A DNA stretch of 64,000 bases from NCBI RefSeq assembly GCF_001194135.2, contig NC_069005.1, positions 15,099,208 to 15,163,207 on the forward strand, given 5' to 3'. This stretch comes from Octopus bimaculoides (Eukaryota). The notes beneath the pieces are model-generated. The model saw only the letters and a list, made by a program, of their open reading frames with translations, had not been told where the DNA came from and searched no databases. Shown piece by piece: positions 36,750-49,795 of the stretch. The translations under genes were made by a program, and so were the position numbers. Numbering within the stretch: the stretch's first letter is position 1; every line of letters starts with the position of its first letter.

Positions 36750-37270
36750 TCCACAGACAACAAATCCATTTTTTGGAGTTTGTCTCCCTTGGATTTGTCT
36801 TTTCAGTAAATTTCTTATTTTTTTACATTATTTGTTTGATCTTGTTCTGGGCATGATGTTTTGTACTTGTATGCTGAGACTTATTTCTTCTTTATGTGGA
36901 GTTTGTGACATTTCTTCTTTGTTGTGTGAAGTTTGTGTGCTATGTATGTTCATATATATGGAGGGGCTATGTATGTATCCTGGTAGGATTGTCCTTGTTT
37001 GTAGTTACCCTCGTTTATAGGGGGTCTTCTTTAAAGTATTTGAGTGTAAAATATTGTTTATGTATGCAGGGAGAGATGGTTTCATCCCTAATGTTTAAGA
37101 TGTTGTCTGTTGATTGAATAATATTTAATTTTTCAATAATGCAGAGTTCACATTTGATGCCCTGTCCTCTGTATTTTTTGACTTTAGCAATAATATTCCA
37201 TTCTATCTGGGGGTTGTTTATTCCAAACCAATGGTAGCCTTAATTCACAAATAAAGAAATCATTTATTCA
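36750..37270 (-). mobile_element. Penelope-like element, GIY-YIG C-terminal fragment and 3' flank
   Basis: IEWNIIAK...KCELCIIEKLNIIQSTDNILNIRDETISPCIHK on the minus strand. Confidence 0.65.
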
Positions 37271-37313
37271 CCAATGTGGTGTTGAGCACTCATTTATCGT
37301 TCTATATTTACGC

Positions 37314-37383
<70 letters not shown>

Positions 37384-37897
37384 GAAACAGATAAGAAAAA
37401 AGATTAGCAATACTACCTAAGAGTTGGGTAACAATTATGTTAAACATCTGGCAACGAGGATATAAAAATGATGATGTAAAAATGAACAAAAATAATAATA
37501 TTAACTTCCAACAGAAGTCAGTCTCAAAGGAGGATATGTTGTGGCAAGAGTCATTGACACCCCTGGCAGATTGGAAGAATGGACTAGTTGAACTCTTATA
37601 AAGAGTAGTGGTTGGTAGTAGTCAGCAAGAGTGTTTTGGTAGTCTCCCAAAGTGCATTGTGTGAACACATTGATTAAACCTCTGCTACATAATTCATCAA
37701 CACCAACCTGTGGCAGGACTTACCCTGGACTAATCTTATACCCTACTATTCCACATTATGTCATTTTATACTGTAGCACCCTTATTGTAGTATACCATTA
37801 TTTACTATGTTGTATTCCTCCTCACTATTGTCCATAATGCTTTATTTTATTTGAAGGCCATTCTCTCAAACTCTTTAGACTTATTTTATAGACTGGT

Positions 37898-38241
37898 TTA
37901 GTGGAAAGTGGGTTATACATCTTTCCTATATAAAATTAAGAATATAACGGAACGCTGAACTCCAGACTATCAACACTAACAACATTTATTCAAGGTGAAA
38001 TATATACATCTTTAGCTCTTGTTTGTTGAGACGTCTTCTGTGTGTGTGAGCATGGTTGTTGGGACGTTGGTATGTAGATGTAAGTGAGCTGTCTAGCGTA
38101 AGTTCGAAAGATGGAGAGAGACAGCTAAACACGTCCTTGCTCAATCGCTGGCCAGCAAGAAAGAGACAGAATGAAGCAGGAAAGCTTGGTTGTTGAATTC
38201 CATGCATGCATGAGACTACGCATGCGCACAGCGTTACTACA
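37898..38241 (-). mobile_element. Solo LTR, same family as 6073-6513
   Basis: Minus strand begins tgtagtaacg and shares tctctctcc, gacgtctca and aataaat..gtgttgatagt...gcgttccgtt; flanks ctggt / ctggc form a 5-bp TSD with one mismatch. Confidence 0.7.
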
Positions 38242-38719
38242 CTGGCATTAGAAAAGGCTTCGAGCTGTAGATTTTATGCCAAAGCTGATGCAGCTCTGTA
38301 GTTTGTTAGAACTTGTCAAACTGTCCAACCTAGAAATCAGATGTTAAATGATAATAATAACGATGATGAAACTAACCATGAGATGCTAAATCAAAACGTT
38401 TCTGGTAAACATTCATGCAGATTTGGACCACTCTCTACTAAGTGTTCTGCATTAGAGGGGTATTTGGTCTTCTTGAAGGTCGTTTAAATTCTAAAGTTAT
38501 TTAGAGTTTCATAACCTCTCAGATGACCCAATAGCCTTCAAAGGCCCATTCTTATGTTAAAGGGGCTCTTTCAGTCATACTTACTTTAGGACAGCTTAAT
38601 ATGAAACATTACATTTCATTTTTTGATGTTCCCTGTCCTGGATATACTGCCTGTTCCCTCATGTGTAGTCTGGTCTTTTGAGATGACATCCTTAAAGATA
38701 GTCATCAACTCTTTTGTGA

Positions 38720-40310
38720 TTAATTGTTGTAAATTGGTGATATTTTCTTTGAGTTTGTCATTGTCTCTGATATTTTTGTTGTTGCTCTTTTGTGATTGTG
38801 ATGATAATGATATTCTCTCATAGTCTGAGAAAGAAGGTTCTGCAATTTCTTGCCAAAAACAGCTTTGGTCTTGCCAGTCCTTGATTTAACTTCTTTAATA
38901 TTTTTCCCCTCTGATATAATGATGGCTCCCAAGTACAGCTAACAATTCAAGCTTCCAAATAAAGCCATCAACTTTGTTTCAAAATTATTCAACTGTTGCA
39001 AATTGGTGATACTTTCTCTGAGTTTTGTCTCTGATATGTTTGTTGTTGTTGCTCTTTTGCAATAGTGCTGATGATGGTAGTCTTTCGTAGTCTGAGAAAT
39101 TCTTGCTCTGCAATTTCTTGTTGAACCAGCTGTACATATGATTTGTATGTACTGCACATTAACTCACACCTTCCATCAAATCAACATTGCCTGAACAGGT
39201 GCACCACACATCAGGTGTTGAAGTGACTGCAGAGCAACATGAGATGAAGTGTTTTGCTCAAGAACCCAATGCACCACCCAGTCCAAGAATTGAAAACACT
39301 ATCTTACAATCATGAGTGCAACATCCTATTCACTAGGTCACACACCCTCTTTGTGATTGTCTTTCTAATGAGATACACTGTCTATATGTTTCAGTTAATT
39401 TGGAAAATAATCAAAGATTGGTGTACTGGGGAGTTTAAACTTCTTAATGTGCAAGGCCTATAAGTGTTGGCAATCATAGACCTCCACTCATGCTTGTTCT
39501 GCACACAATTTAGTAACTTACTGGGTTGGTCTTTCTTTAGCTGGAAAGACCAACCCAGTAACTGGTAAGGCGCCCAAATATCTTCTCTCTTTCTCTTCCT
39601 TCACTTCTTCTTTCTTTCAGTTTCCCTTTTATCATTGTGTATTCATGGCTTTGTCTTCTTATTTCATGTCTAATTAACTGAGCCTGTTGTCTCTTTAGTG
39701 TTGTTAAGGTTTCTGATCATTTCTTCTTTTTTTAGCCCTTTAGCATTTAAACCAGCCATATCCAGCCCAAGTATTCTGCATGCTTTATGTTCAAACTGCC
39801 CAGATCTGGCCTCTCACACCTATCATACAATGTCATTCTAAATATAAACGATCTCATCATTAAAATCGAAAAACTACAAGATAATGTATGTCAATATATA
39901 AGCATTACATTTGACAGAGAAGTCTGTCTTTCTCTTTCTCTCTCTGACATCTTCATTATTCATCTATGGAACCACATCATTGCAATATTGATGAGCTTTT
40001 GTCCTTGTTTGTCGATGTTCCAAGTCAAAAAATAGGGTGTCAATGTATTCCCTTAGGACTCTTCTCTCTTCTTAATAGCTTTTTGTCTTGTCAATAAATA
40101 TGTGATCTTGCCAAAAGCAGCTTTGGTCTGGGCAGTCCTTGATTTCACTTCTTCGATATTTTTCCCATCTGATATTATGATGGCTTCCAAGTACAGCTAA
40201 CCGTTCAAGCTCCCAGATAAAGCCATCAACTTTGTTTCAAAATTGTTCTATTAACTGTTGCAAATTGGTGATACTTTTTTTGAGTTTGTCATTGTCTCTT
40301 ATTTTTTTTT
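38720..40310 (-). repeat. Locally triplicated RTE-like RT fragment (38720-38990, 38990-39120, 40090-40310)
   Basis: ttg(t/c)aaattggtgata... and cagctttggtct...tgatttaacttc... are repeated; minus frame YLEAIIISDGKNIEEVKSRTAQTKAAFGKI. Confidence 0.65.
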
Positions 40311-40800
40311 TTGTTATTATTCCTCTGAGGACTGTTCTGTTTTTGCGACAGATTTTGTACAATAACTAAATTAAGCTGGCATATGGGACTTGAAAGGTTT
40401 TTATATGAAATTATGACATGATGGAAAATTCAAATTTTTGAATATTTGAAACACAAAGGTTTGTATCATGAACCAGGGGCAAGTGGGTTGGTGTTCAGAA
40501 GGTTAACTGTATTATTAAAGAGGAGATGGACAGATTTTTTGTTGGTTTCTCATCATGATGACTTCTGCTTCTGATATGTTGCCTGATGAAGGCAACACCC
40601 GAGAGAGAGAGAGAGAGAGAGGGAGGGAGGGAGAGGGAGAGAGANNNNNNNNNNNNNNNNAGAGAGAGAGGGAGGGAGGGAGAGGGAGAGGGAGAGAGAA
40701 AGTAAGTTCTTAGAACTTACTCTCTTTCTTTTGTAGATAATTTCTTGGAATGGCTGATTACGGACACTATTTCATTCTCTTTTCCATTCCATTCTTTCAG

Positions 40801-40953
40801 TTTTTGCTGGGCTACCTGGACAATTGCCCCATAACATTTGATGCATTGCTGGAACATCTGAACAAGAGTGCAGAAGCAAACCAGAATTTAATAAATGATA
40901 AACAAGAGAGGAAAGTTTTGCTAGATTTATTCATGATCTGCGATGACAGCATG
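40801..40953 (+). CDS. EFCAB5: EFCAB5-like coding exon 4
   Basis: ttccattccattctttcag|TTT...ATG|gtaagt; 153 nt, phase 0/0: FLLGYLDNCPITFDALLEHLNKSAEANQNLINDKQERKVLLDLFMICDDSM, similar to EFCAB5 [40 protein letters not shown]. Confidence 0.85.
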
Positions 40954-41842
40954 GTAAGTACCACCACTACCACCACTATCATCATCATTTAATGTCCATG
41001 TTCCATGCTGGCATAAGTTGGACAGTTTGACAGGATTTGATGAGTTCAAGGACTGCATTGTGTTCCTCCATTGTCTGCTTTGACATGGATCCTACAACCA
41101 GATGCCCAGTGCCAACCACTTTACAACATGTACTTGGTGCCTTTTGCATATTATTGGTGTCATTGGCACTAGAGAGGTCACCTTGCAGTTTTGCAAGACT
41201 ACAAAATCCAGCTTTGGTGGGGAGCAACATTTTTATAAGGAAGGATCTTCAGATGCTGGGTCTCACTGATGAAATGACAGGGGCCAGGAGATGTGGAAAT
41301 TTGATGTATTTGATAAGACAATATCAAGCTAAGTAAAATCGCTGTCTTCCACACATACAGGGTTGTCCTTTCAGGTGTTGGTGCCACTTAAAATGCACAC
41401 ATGCCAGTGCTGCATAAATGCATCTGTGCCTGTGGCATGTGAAAAGCCCCCAGCACTCTCTGTTAAGTGGTTGACATTAGGAAGGGCATCCAGCCATAGA
41501 AATCATGTCTCAACAGACCGCTGGAGTCAGGACAGCTCCTTGTCAAACCATGAAACCCATGCCAGCATGGAAAGCAGACATTAAATGATGACGATGACAA
41601 GAGGTTAAAGTATAAAAGAAAGGAAGGAGGTAGGGAGGTGCAAGTTGGTTCTTGTAGAGGAACTACATTGTTACTCACCTTTAGGAGAGAAGGTGAGAAG
41701 GATCAGTTGGAACTGCAGGTCCAGGCTGCTCCTCAAGGTAAGAGATAAGCAGAAGTGTGTTGGGACAGTAGGTGGGTGGGTCTGTTTCAGGAGTGTATGG
41801 GGAAGTAGAAGATGGGGGAGGAGAGGTTGGCAACAATTTTAA

Positions 41843-42392
41843 TCCTTTAGCATTCACATTGCTCTGTCAAATGTAATGCTTCTTTATTCACATGTGAAGG
41901 TGCATGGCTCACAATCATGCAGTAGTGAGTTCAATTCCCAGACTGGGCTGTGTTGTGTTCTTGAGCAAGACACTCTATTTCACATTGCTGCTGTTCACTC
42001 AGCTGTAGAAATTAGTTACAACATTACTGGTGCCAAGCTGTATCAGCCAATGCCTTTCCCTTGGATAACATAGGTGGCATGGAGAAGGGAAGCTGGTATG
42101 CATGGGTAACTGCTGGTCTTCCATAAACAACCTTGCCTGGACTTGTGCTTTGGAGGGGAACTTTCTAGGTGCAATCCTATGGTCATTCATGACCAAAGGG
42201 GTCTTTATCTTTTTCATTCACATTATTTTGATTAATCATGCTTTGTTTTGTAGCTTTGAGGATTCAATGGTAGGATTGTTTTATTCTTTGAAAGGCATTA
42301 TAGGATAGTTGTGGGAGGCCAGATCTGGCTGGCTTGAACATAAAACAGGTAGAATATTTGGGCCAGATATGGCTGGTGTGAATGTAAAAGGG
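41843..42392 (-). mobile_element. piggyBac-type MITE family F interrupted by a SINE
   Basis: TTAA at 41839-41842 and 42393-42396; TIRs (c/t)cctttagcattc / gaatgtaaaaggg. Confidence 0.8.
41894..42212 (+). mobile_element. SINE family E inserted into the MITE (plus copies also at 47836-48155 and 50072-50410)
   Basis: 8-bp TSD attcacat at 41886-41893 and 42216-42223; tRNA-like head gtgaaggtgcatggctc...gagttcaattccc. Confidence 0.88.
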
Positions 42393-42527
42393 TTAAAAAT
42401 TGGATCAGATCGAAGGGTTGATATAGGAAATGATGGATGGATTACCAATGATGGGCTATAGGGCAATAGATGGATTCATCATTTATGGTAGGATGAATGA
42501 GACCATGAGAATGATGATTATGATTAA

Positions 42528-42740
42528 GGCAGCGAACTGGCAGAATCGTTAGCATGCTGGACAAAACACATAACATTTTGTCTATGTTCTGAGTTCAAAT
42601 CCTGCAAAGGTCGACTTTGCCTTGCATCCTTTTGGGGTCAATAAAATAAGAACCAGTTGAGCACTGGGATTGATGTAATCGATTTACTCCTTCCCTAAAC
42701 TTGCTGGTTTTGTGCCAAAATTTGAAACCAATATGATGAT
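42528..42740 (+). mobile_element. SINE family B copy
   Basis: aaggcagcgaactggcagaatcgttagc head and conserved core. Confidence 0.85.
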
Positions 42741-43904
42741 TATGTATGGAATATATTTAGATATTAAGTAGATTCCAGATATTTGCCTTAAAATGTAGTC
42801 TGTCCCACACAAAGAAAAGATAATAAATAATGGAATACATTACTCAGCAATAACAAAAGAAGCTTACAAATAGATCTACAAAACTGGCCAGCAACGTTCT
42901 GGAATTAATATCTATAAGAAGAGAGTTTATAATGATTCTTTCCTTCTTAATAGATCTAGTAATCTTACAAAGTTCCCAACCAATAGATGAAGATATTGCT
43001 AAGATGGAGCTCTTTGTTCAGATATACATTTTGATTTTGATAATATTTCATGATGTAGAACTTGGGTTTTTGCTGGAAACTAGTAGACAAAGATTATCAT
43101 CATTATTATGTTTATTAGCAGGACCCGTGAATATTTCACGGAATTAATGATAAACCTATTGAGTTATTTCTGAAAACTTTATCCAAAAAACTTGAAATCA
43201 TAGCCTTGTGTTGTGCCTGTATGGAAAGTAGTCACTCATCTGTTACTCGTTGAATAGTGAAAGAAATTGGAATACGGTGATTACTTAATTCATTTTATAT
43301 ATACACTTTATATACGTTATGCACAATTTTATAGACTTAATACACAGAACTCAGAAAATGAATATTCACTCTTATTTTTCCATTTTTCCCATAAAAAAAA
43401 TATTCTGTACATATGATACAACCTTTATTTAAATTGCATATATCTGCCACATAAATAAGCATGAATATTTAACGGAAATGCACTTATGTGCATACGTTAA
43501 GTGATATGTAATATAAAAAACTTAGTTCAATTAAATAAAATATACACTTTTCACTGTTCAATCACCTCCACCACCAACATCATCATCATCTTTCTCCCCT
43601 TTTCTCTCTCCCTCCTCTCTCTCCCTCTTCTCTCTTTCTCTCCTCTCTCTCTTCTCCTTCCTCCTCTTCCCCCTCTGCCTCTCTTCAACCTCACCATCAG
43701 AACATCACCCCTCTGCTAAAATTATATTTTTAACACTCCTCCTCTGCCTTCAAATAACATTTTAAACCATGTAATAAATATTACGTTCCCTCTACTTCTT
43801 GTCATGGATGCTTTTCTTTCCCTCTTTCTGTCTCACTCCTCACCTTATCCTCTTTTCCTTTCTCTTCTCTTTCCCTTCAACTAATTATGATGATGATGAT
43901 GGTA

Positions 43905-44377
43905 ACACTGTGTAACACGATTTTTGTCCTTGGGTAGCAACTGTTATTTCCTATTTGCTTACTCCTAGAAAGTATGAAAAATGGCTAATATTTCCTTCAA
44001 ATTTTACTTCTGTTTCATTTATTCAAACCTCAAACAATTCCTCTCAACACATGGCAACGATGCTTCCCCACCACTACTACTCATGATCAGAGATGCACAC
44101 ATATTGTCAGCTATTAATAGACATGCTCAAGTGCTTAAGGTCAAGCAACTGACAAGCAAATATCGGTGATACTGAACAGAATATTTGCTATAACGTTATT
44201 TCTGCTTCAGCAACTCAGCACTGAATCAGTCTGAAATGTAATGGAACATAGGTTAGTTTCAAAACATTGATGTCCAAGTCACAAAATTTCCTTTAATTTC
44301 TAGATAGAAGCAAGTAGGAAATCACACAGACCAAAGATAAAAAAAAAAAAATTTCGTTACACAGTGTAATATACACC
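43905..44377. mobile_element. Tc1/mariner-type MITE carrying a family C fragment, copy 2
   Basis: TIRs acactgtgtaac / gttacacagtgta with about 70 bp of subterminal similarity. Confidence 0.65.
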
Positions 44378-44626
44378 ACACACAAAACTATGTACAATTT
44401 ATGCATGGATATGTTACATACATTTCTTCTCAGTATTCAGCTGTTAGTGTTTCCACAAAATATGCACATAGCAGCTAATTGTCTTTGATGTGTGTGCTGG
44501 TCAGGGCAAACACACAGAGATAGAAATACATTGCAAAATGTATTAGTAGCTGGGGATAACATTGATATTCTGGTATTTTACAGAGTTTTCAAAAGGCAGC
44601 ATATGCATAATTTATCAGTGGATATA

Positions 44627-44685
44627 TTAGCCTGCAGTAGTATGTGCTTAAATGTTTTCCATTGAGGGGGAAACAACATAAATAC

Positions 44686-44777
<92 letters not shown>

Positions 44778-45062
44778 TTGTGTATGTGTGTGTCTTTGTG
44801 TTTGTCCCCTGCCACCACTTGACAGCCAGTGTTCATCTGCTTATAACCCTGTAACTTAGCAGTTTGGCATAAAGACCAATAGAATATGTGCCAAACTTTG
44901 AAAAGATAAGTAAAATTTGACTAAACCCTTCAAGGCAGTGCCCCAGTATGGCCACAGTTCAATGACTGAAACAAGTAAAAGATAAATGATAAGGTCGTTG
45001 GGGTGATTTATGTTGTTTCCCCCTCAATGGAAATCATTTAAGCACATACTACTGCAGGCTAA
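44627..45062. mobile_element. MITE-like element with ~57-bp TIRs enclosing a microsatellite and the 3' half of SINE A
   Basis: ttagcctgcagtagtatgtgcttaaatg(t/a)tttccattgagggggaaacaacataaat at 44627-44683 and its reverse complement at 45006-45062, in a TA-rich context. Confidence 0.8.
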
Positions 45063-45167
45063 GATATATATATATATATATATGTAAGAGAGACGACTGC
45101 ACTGGTATGGTCATGTGTTGCGAATGGATGAGGACAGCTGTGTGGAAAAGGTTGACACCCTAACATC

Positions 45168-45514
45168 TGGCCACCTAGCTCCCCAGACTGCACCCCTTTT
45201 GATTATTATGTGTGGGATACAGTTGAACAAGAGACCAACAAAACTCCTTGTAGCACCAAAGATGAACTGAAGGCAAGATAATAGCAGCATTCACCAACTT
45301 AAACAAGAAGACTGTCCAGAAGAGTTGCGGGAGATTCCGAAGTCGTCTAGAGGCTGTGGTTGAAGCCAATGGCGATTTTATTGAAGAGATCTACTCTTTA
45401 GTATTTCAACATATTTTTATGTAATTTTGGTTAATATATCTGTTAAAATGAGATGTCAGTGTTATATTCATATTTGCGTAATTTAGTTGACAATATATTC
45501 ACTGCATCCCGTAT
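45168..45514 (+). mobile_element. mariner (maT-like) transposase C-terminus and right end
   Basis: WPPSSPDCTPFDYYVWDTVEQETN...RFRSRLEAVVEANGDFIE; ends ...gcatcccg|tata. Confidence 0.8.
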
Positions 45515-45534
45515 ATATACATACATATATACAT

Positions 45535-45573
<39 letters not shown>

Positions 45574-47034
45574 NNNNNNNNNNNNNNNNNNNNNNNNNNN
45601 NNNNNNNNNNNNNNNNNNNNNNNNNNNNNNNNNNNNNNNNNNNNNNNNNNNNNNNNNNNNNNNNNNNNNNNNNNNNNNNNNNNNNNNNNNNNNNNNNNNN
45701 NNAAAACTACAGAAGGCTTGTGTTACATGGTTAAAGTATATATTTAAATTATGTCAGAAAAATGTTAGAAAATGTTTTGGTATATAAACATTGTATTTGG
45801 AGAAATAACCGGTTTTGTGTTGTCTTTTCAAATTTCTCTATTTTATCGTAACATGTCTTCGCTCCTGTGTGTAAAAAAGAGTTCTAGATAGGGGGAGGAG
45901 ATCCACTCACAAGGCTTTTGATCAACCTAGAGCTATTGTAGAAGACTTTTGCCCCAAGGTGCCATATAGTGGAACTAAACGCAAATCCATGTGATTGGAA
46001 AGCAAACTTCTTTCCACACATCCATAGTTATGAAGAAAAAATTTCTTTAGTGTCCTTCAGACTTGATGGGCTATAAAGTATTTAAAACATAAACATTGTT
46101 TTTATTGATTAGCTGCAAGCAAGTCAATCCTGATTGAATAGATCTATGATCAATTATGTTCTAGTCATGACCACTGTGTCTTTTTACTCCTACAAAGTAT
46201 CTCTGATTACGTTATCAATGTAACTCCTTTTTTCTTATTTTTGTGTTGCTCTTGTGATCTTCAGATCATGGTTTCGATTTCCAGACTGGGTAGTGTATTA
46301 TTATGTTCTTGAGCCAAACAATTCAATCCATGTTGCTCCAGTCCATGCAACTGTAAATGAGTTTCCCTGTGATGTTCTGGTGTCTTGTTCAAGAGAAATG
46401 TTGTAATCTTGGTCATTTATACATCATAAGAACCAGGTAACTGGTCTGATGATTCCTAGGGTTCAAGACCTAAGATAAAATTTTTCTTTTAAAAGTTAAG
46501 ATTTTTTGTAACTGGCTCATCAGTTATGATAATAAGGGTTCCACTTGGTCTGATCAATGGAATGACCTGCTTGTGGAATTAATGTGCAAGTGACTGAGCA
46601 CTCCACAGACACATGTAACCTTAATATAGCTCTCAGGGAGATTCAGCATGACAAGAGTGTGACAAGGTTGGCCCCTTTGAATTACAAGTATAACTCATTT
46701 TTGTCAGCTGAGTGGACTGGAGCAACATGAAATAAAGTGTCTTGCTGAAGGACTCAACATGTCACCAGGAATCCAGCTCTCAACCTTACAACCATGAGCT
46801 GAAGAACCTAACCACTAAGCCACATGTCTACTATTACTACTAATATTCTATTTTTAAGACAGTAGGTTGTGAGGATCTGGAGGAGATTTGGTTGCTATTT
46901 CTAGCAAGTCAAGTGACCGCATAATGGCTTCATTATTGATTCATGGAAAAAGAAAAACAAAAAGCAAAGAAGAGTCCTATATAATGCAAATGATTATTGA
47001 AAGGGAAATGATAAGACTTCTGTGTATATACAGA

Positions 47035-47375
47035 TGCAGGCATGGCTGTGTGGGAAGGAGTTTACTTCCTAACTGTGTGGCACTTTGGGTAAGTGTCTTC
47101 TACTATGGCTTCAGGCCGCTCAAAGCCTTGTCAGTGGATCTGGTAGACAGAAACTGAAATAAGACCATCATATATGTATGTTTGTGTTTGTCCCCCCACC
47201 ATCATTTAACAACTGGTGTTAGTGTGTTAACATCCTCATAGCCTAGAGGCTCTGCAAAATAGACCAATAGGCTTTAAAAAAAAGTCTTGGAGTTGTTTTG
47301 TTTAACCAAAATCCTTCAAGGTGGTGCCCCAGCATGGCCACAGTATAATGACTGAAATAAATAAAAGATAAAAGA
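47035..47375 (+). mobile_element. SINE family A, internally deleted copy
   Basis: Head gcaggcatggctgtgtgg and tail ggtggtgccccagcatggccacag...aaaagataaaag. Confidence 0.8.
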
Positions 47376-47414
47376 TACATTAAATTGCAAACATTTTTCT
47401 TTATCATGTTTTAG

Positions 47415-47514
47415 GTTGGCTCATTAGATCGGCTCCAAGTTCTTAGTATCCTGGAAGAATTTTGGTTATTATGCCCTGAACAAATGAAACAAGATATAAA
47501 TAATCCAACCATAT
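47415..47514 (+). CDS. EFCAB5: EFCAB5-like coding exon 5 (EF-hand-like loop and exit helix); no later exon located in the window
   Basis: atcatgttttag|GTT...T|gtaagt; VGSLDRLQVLSILEEFWLLCPEQMKQDINNPTI, similar to EFCAB5 [31 protein letters not shown]. Ends in phase 1. Confidence 0.85.
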
Positions 47515-48544
47515 GTAAGTTTATTCTATTTCTTATCTTAGAAATTAAGAAATCATCAAGGTAATTGCTTTATTGTTATGTTGTTTTTGTCTAGCCTCAA
47601 GTCACTCTTCTTCAAGCAGACCTCGAGAGGATTCAAAGCATACCAGCCACAACTCTACAGTCTTTCTTCCGGACATAGTGTAAATACATAAGTAAGGTAC
47701 AGATATTAATTGAAGCAGCATGAGAGCCTCGCTTCCACATGGATGTTTAATTTGCTAGATAGAGCAGCATTTTCTTCCAAGTCACACACTATTGTCATAA
47801 AAAACATTAATCATACAATGAGTAATTTCTTGTTTGTGAAGGTGCATGGCTCACTGGTTAGAGCATCAGGCTCACAATCATGAGGTAATGAGTTCGATTC
47901 CCAGACCTGGTTGTGTGTTGTGTTCTTGAGCAAGACACTTTATTTCACATTACTCCAGTTCATTCAGCTGTAGAAATGAGTCGTGATGTCACTGGTGCCA
48001 AGCTGTACTGGCCTTTGCCTTTCTCTTGGATAACATTGATGATGTGGAGAGGGAGGCGGGTTGGTATGCATGGGTGACTGCTGGTCTTCCATAAATAACC
48101 TTGCCTGGACTTGTGCTTCAGAGGGTGCAATCATGACTGAATGGGGTCTTTACCCATAGTTTCTTGTTTAAGACAGTAGTGTGTGGTTTGAGGAGATTTA
48201 GCTGCTATTTCTTGTAGACCAAGTAGCAATGTAGACACCCTTATTGGCTTGTAATTGCTTAGTCTTGCACGTATGCATGGTCACTATGCACAGCTGTATG
48301 TACCTTCACAGTGCAAACAAACTTGCGTATTGCAAACGGCTGTGCTTAAACAAGGCAATCAATTGGTAGAGTGGTAAGATCATTAGATAGATTATTTAAG
48401 CAGTAACTGGTTCTCTGTACTCATGAGTTCAATTCCTACCAAAGTCAACTTTCCTTTTCATCCTTTTGGGGTTGATAAACAACATACTTCTCTTCCTTCC
48501 TTCATTTCTTTCTCTTTTTTTTCTTCTCTTTCTTTCTTACTTTC

Positions 48545-48943
48545 TGTTGTGGTGGGAGTACAANNNNNNNNNNNNNNNNNNNNNNNNNNNNNNNNNNNNN
48601 NNNNNNNNNNNNNNNNNNNNNNNNNNNNNNNNNNNNNNNNNNNNNNNNNNNNNNNNNNNNNNNNNNNNNNNNNNNNNAGATGGCACTACTACATATAAAT
48701 AATAGCAGTCTGACGTAGTCAGCAGTTCATAGTTTGGTCTTCGAAGTCCAGGTATAGTTTGCAGTTTGAGTTGAGTGTGTTGGAAATATTGATTGTTGGT
48801 TTGTAAAAGATTGTTGGTTCGTTGTGTGTTTAGTACTGCCACTGTTTCTATTTTCTATTGTTATAACACTGTTCCAGAGTATTCATTATCTATCGTCGAT
48901 AATATCAACAGTATTATGATATTGGAGGTGTAAGGTTATAACA
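48545..48943 (-). mobile_element. Solo LTR, second family, spanning a gap
   Basis: Minus-strand termini TGTTA...CAACA; perfect 5-bp TSD ctttc at 48540-48544 and 48944-48948. Confidence 0.75.
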
Positions 48944-49244
48944 CTTTCTTTTTCTTTCTTTCTTTCTTCCTTCCTTTCTTCCTTTATTTAATAAATTGGC
49001 TGTGGTTCGAGATGAAGGGAGATGGGATTTGCCAGGTTTAAAAATGCCCAAAACACACCATATGTCATGCCAGCACCCCTACAATTCTGCCAGAGAGTTG
49101 AGGGCTCAAAGTTAAGACAGGACATGCTTAAACATTATAATGTAAACATGCTGTTTCATAAAACACACTATACTATTTGGCTTGGTTTGGCGTCATGCTG
49201 TTGCTTGATGGGGCTGGAGTCATTCCAAATTAGTGACCATAGAA

Positions 49245-49622
49245 GCATCATCATGCATAGAGATAACCAGGTTCACCAGTACTCTCCATTGCAGGCGGTC
49301 CCATGCCAACCCTCTGCATCCTCCAAGGTGACACTGAACCTCTGGAGATCTTCCCCAATCACGTCCAGCCATCTGGTGTGGGGCCTACCATGAAGCCTCT
49401 TCCAGCCTACAGCTGTTGCTTGAATGAGACTAAAGATCTGATAGGAAGATCTAGTGGGAGACACAGGACATGTCTGTACCAGTGACTTCCAAATGACTGG
49501 ACCAGGGTATCCCCCCCCCACTTCTGGAAACAGAAAGACGACACTCATCTGCAGCAACCACAGGGGCATTACCGTCCTCTCCATCTTGGGCAAGCTCTTC
49601 ACCACGATCTTCCTCATGCATG
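49245..49622. mobile_element. RTE-like LINE insertion with an inverted 5' segment
   Basis: 49245-49470 on minus encodes GWKRLHGRPHTRWLDVIGEDL with a (GAT)n tail; 49480-49620 on plus encodes RKTTLICSNHRGITVLSILGKLFTTI (RT N-terminal region). Confidence 0.7.
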
Positions 49623-49795
49623 CTTTCTCTATACTATTTACATGATATCACATAGAATGATAGTTATACAACCCTACATAAAATGTGTGATACAAGTACA
49701 TCAGTTTTCTGTAACCCCTGGTTTTGAAGCCTTTCCAGGTGACTGTTTTTTCCAAGCCAGGAGGAGTCACCTTGGTCAGTCAGCACACTCTAAAT

